From the NCBI RefSeq assembly GCF_009914755.1, contig NC_060927.1: 64,000 bases of DNA; one strand, 5' to 3'. The position numbers and the translations under genes were made by a program. The notes beneath the pieces were generated by a model. The model worked only from the letters and a program-made list of their open reading frames with translations. It was not told the origin of the DNA and ran no database searches. This stretch comes from the human T2T-CHM13v2.0 reference genome, Homo sapiens. The first letter of the stretch is position 1, and every line of letters begins with the position of its first letter. Shown here in pieces: positions 63,692 to 64,000 of the stretch.

Positions 63692-63811
63692 AAAGCTGAG
63701 AATTGCTGGAACCCGGGAGGCGGAGGTTGCAGTGAGCCAAGATTGCACCACTGCACTCCAGCCTGGGAGACAGAGCGAGACTCTGTCTCAAAAAAAAAAA
63801 AAAAAAAAAAA
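63692..63811 (+). mobile_element. 5'-truncated Alu (right arm) with poly-A
   Basis: gagaattgctggaacccgggaggcggaggttgc...poly-A. Confidence 0.9.
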
Positions 63812-64000
63812 GGAAGCCTACTAACTAGAGTTCAATATTTGCTTATAGTTCTTTATCTTTAGTCTGAGGGTATATAGTTGAAACACAGTATGCAAAAGTC
63901 ACTTGGGTTGGTTTTCCCGCACTCTGCCCACTTCAGTGTGTTTGCATCATTTTGCATTATTCATTTTATTATTCATTTTAATTAATGTCAAGTTCATTGC

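Overview
Human (primate) genomic DNA containing the 5' end of IL17RD (SEF, an FGF/IL-17 signalling modulator) on the minus strand. Canonical exon 1 (CDS 41440-41565, [10 protein letters not shown]...TCGWR, signal peptide) sits in a CpG island. Positions 1-41439 are intron 1, and I could not find exon 2 in the window. Positions above about 46.7 kb are repeat-rich upstream DNA. Three more minus-strand modules end in phase-0 donors like exon 1. (1) A distal exon encodes CUG-initiated (M)DYRQSWPWQ, matching my recollection of cytosolic hSef-b, and is directly preceded by an in-frame strong-Kozak 20-aa uORF whose UGA abuts the CUG. (2) A 42-nt cassette encodes [14 protein letters not shown]. (3) An intronic exon encodes MPRASASGVPALFVSGEQ and can also be read as a 100-nt frameshifting cassette. 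Intron 1 also holds an antisense RPL19 processed pseudogene with an Alu inserted in its 3' target-site duplication (TSD). The rest is about 36 Alus, MaLR, ERVL and MER52-like LTR elements, L1, L2, MIR and MER relics, and microsatellites. No prokaryote-type system is present. The best candidate for under-described biology is the modular N-terminus and translational control of IL17RD. Repeat boundaries and subfamilies were judged by eye and are approximate.
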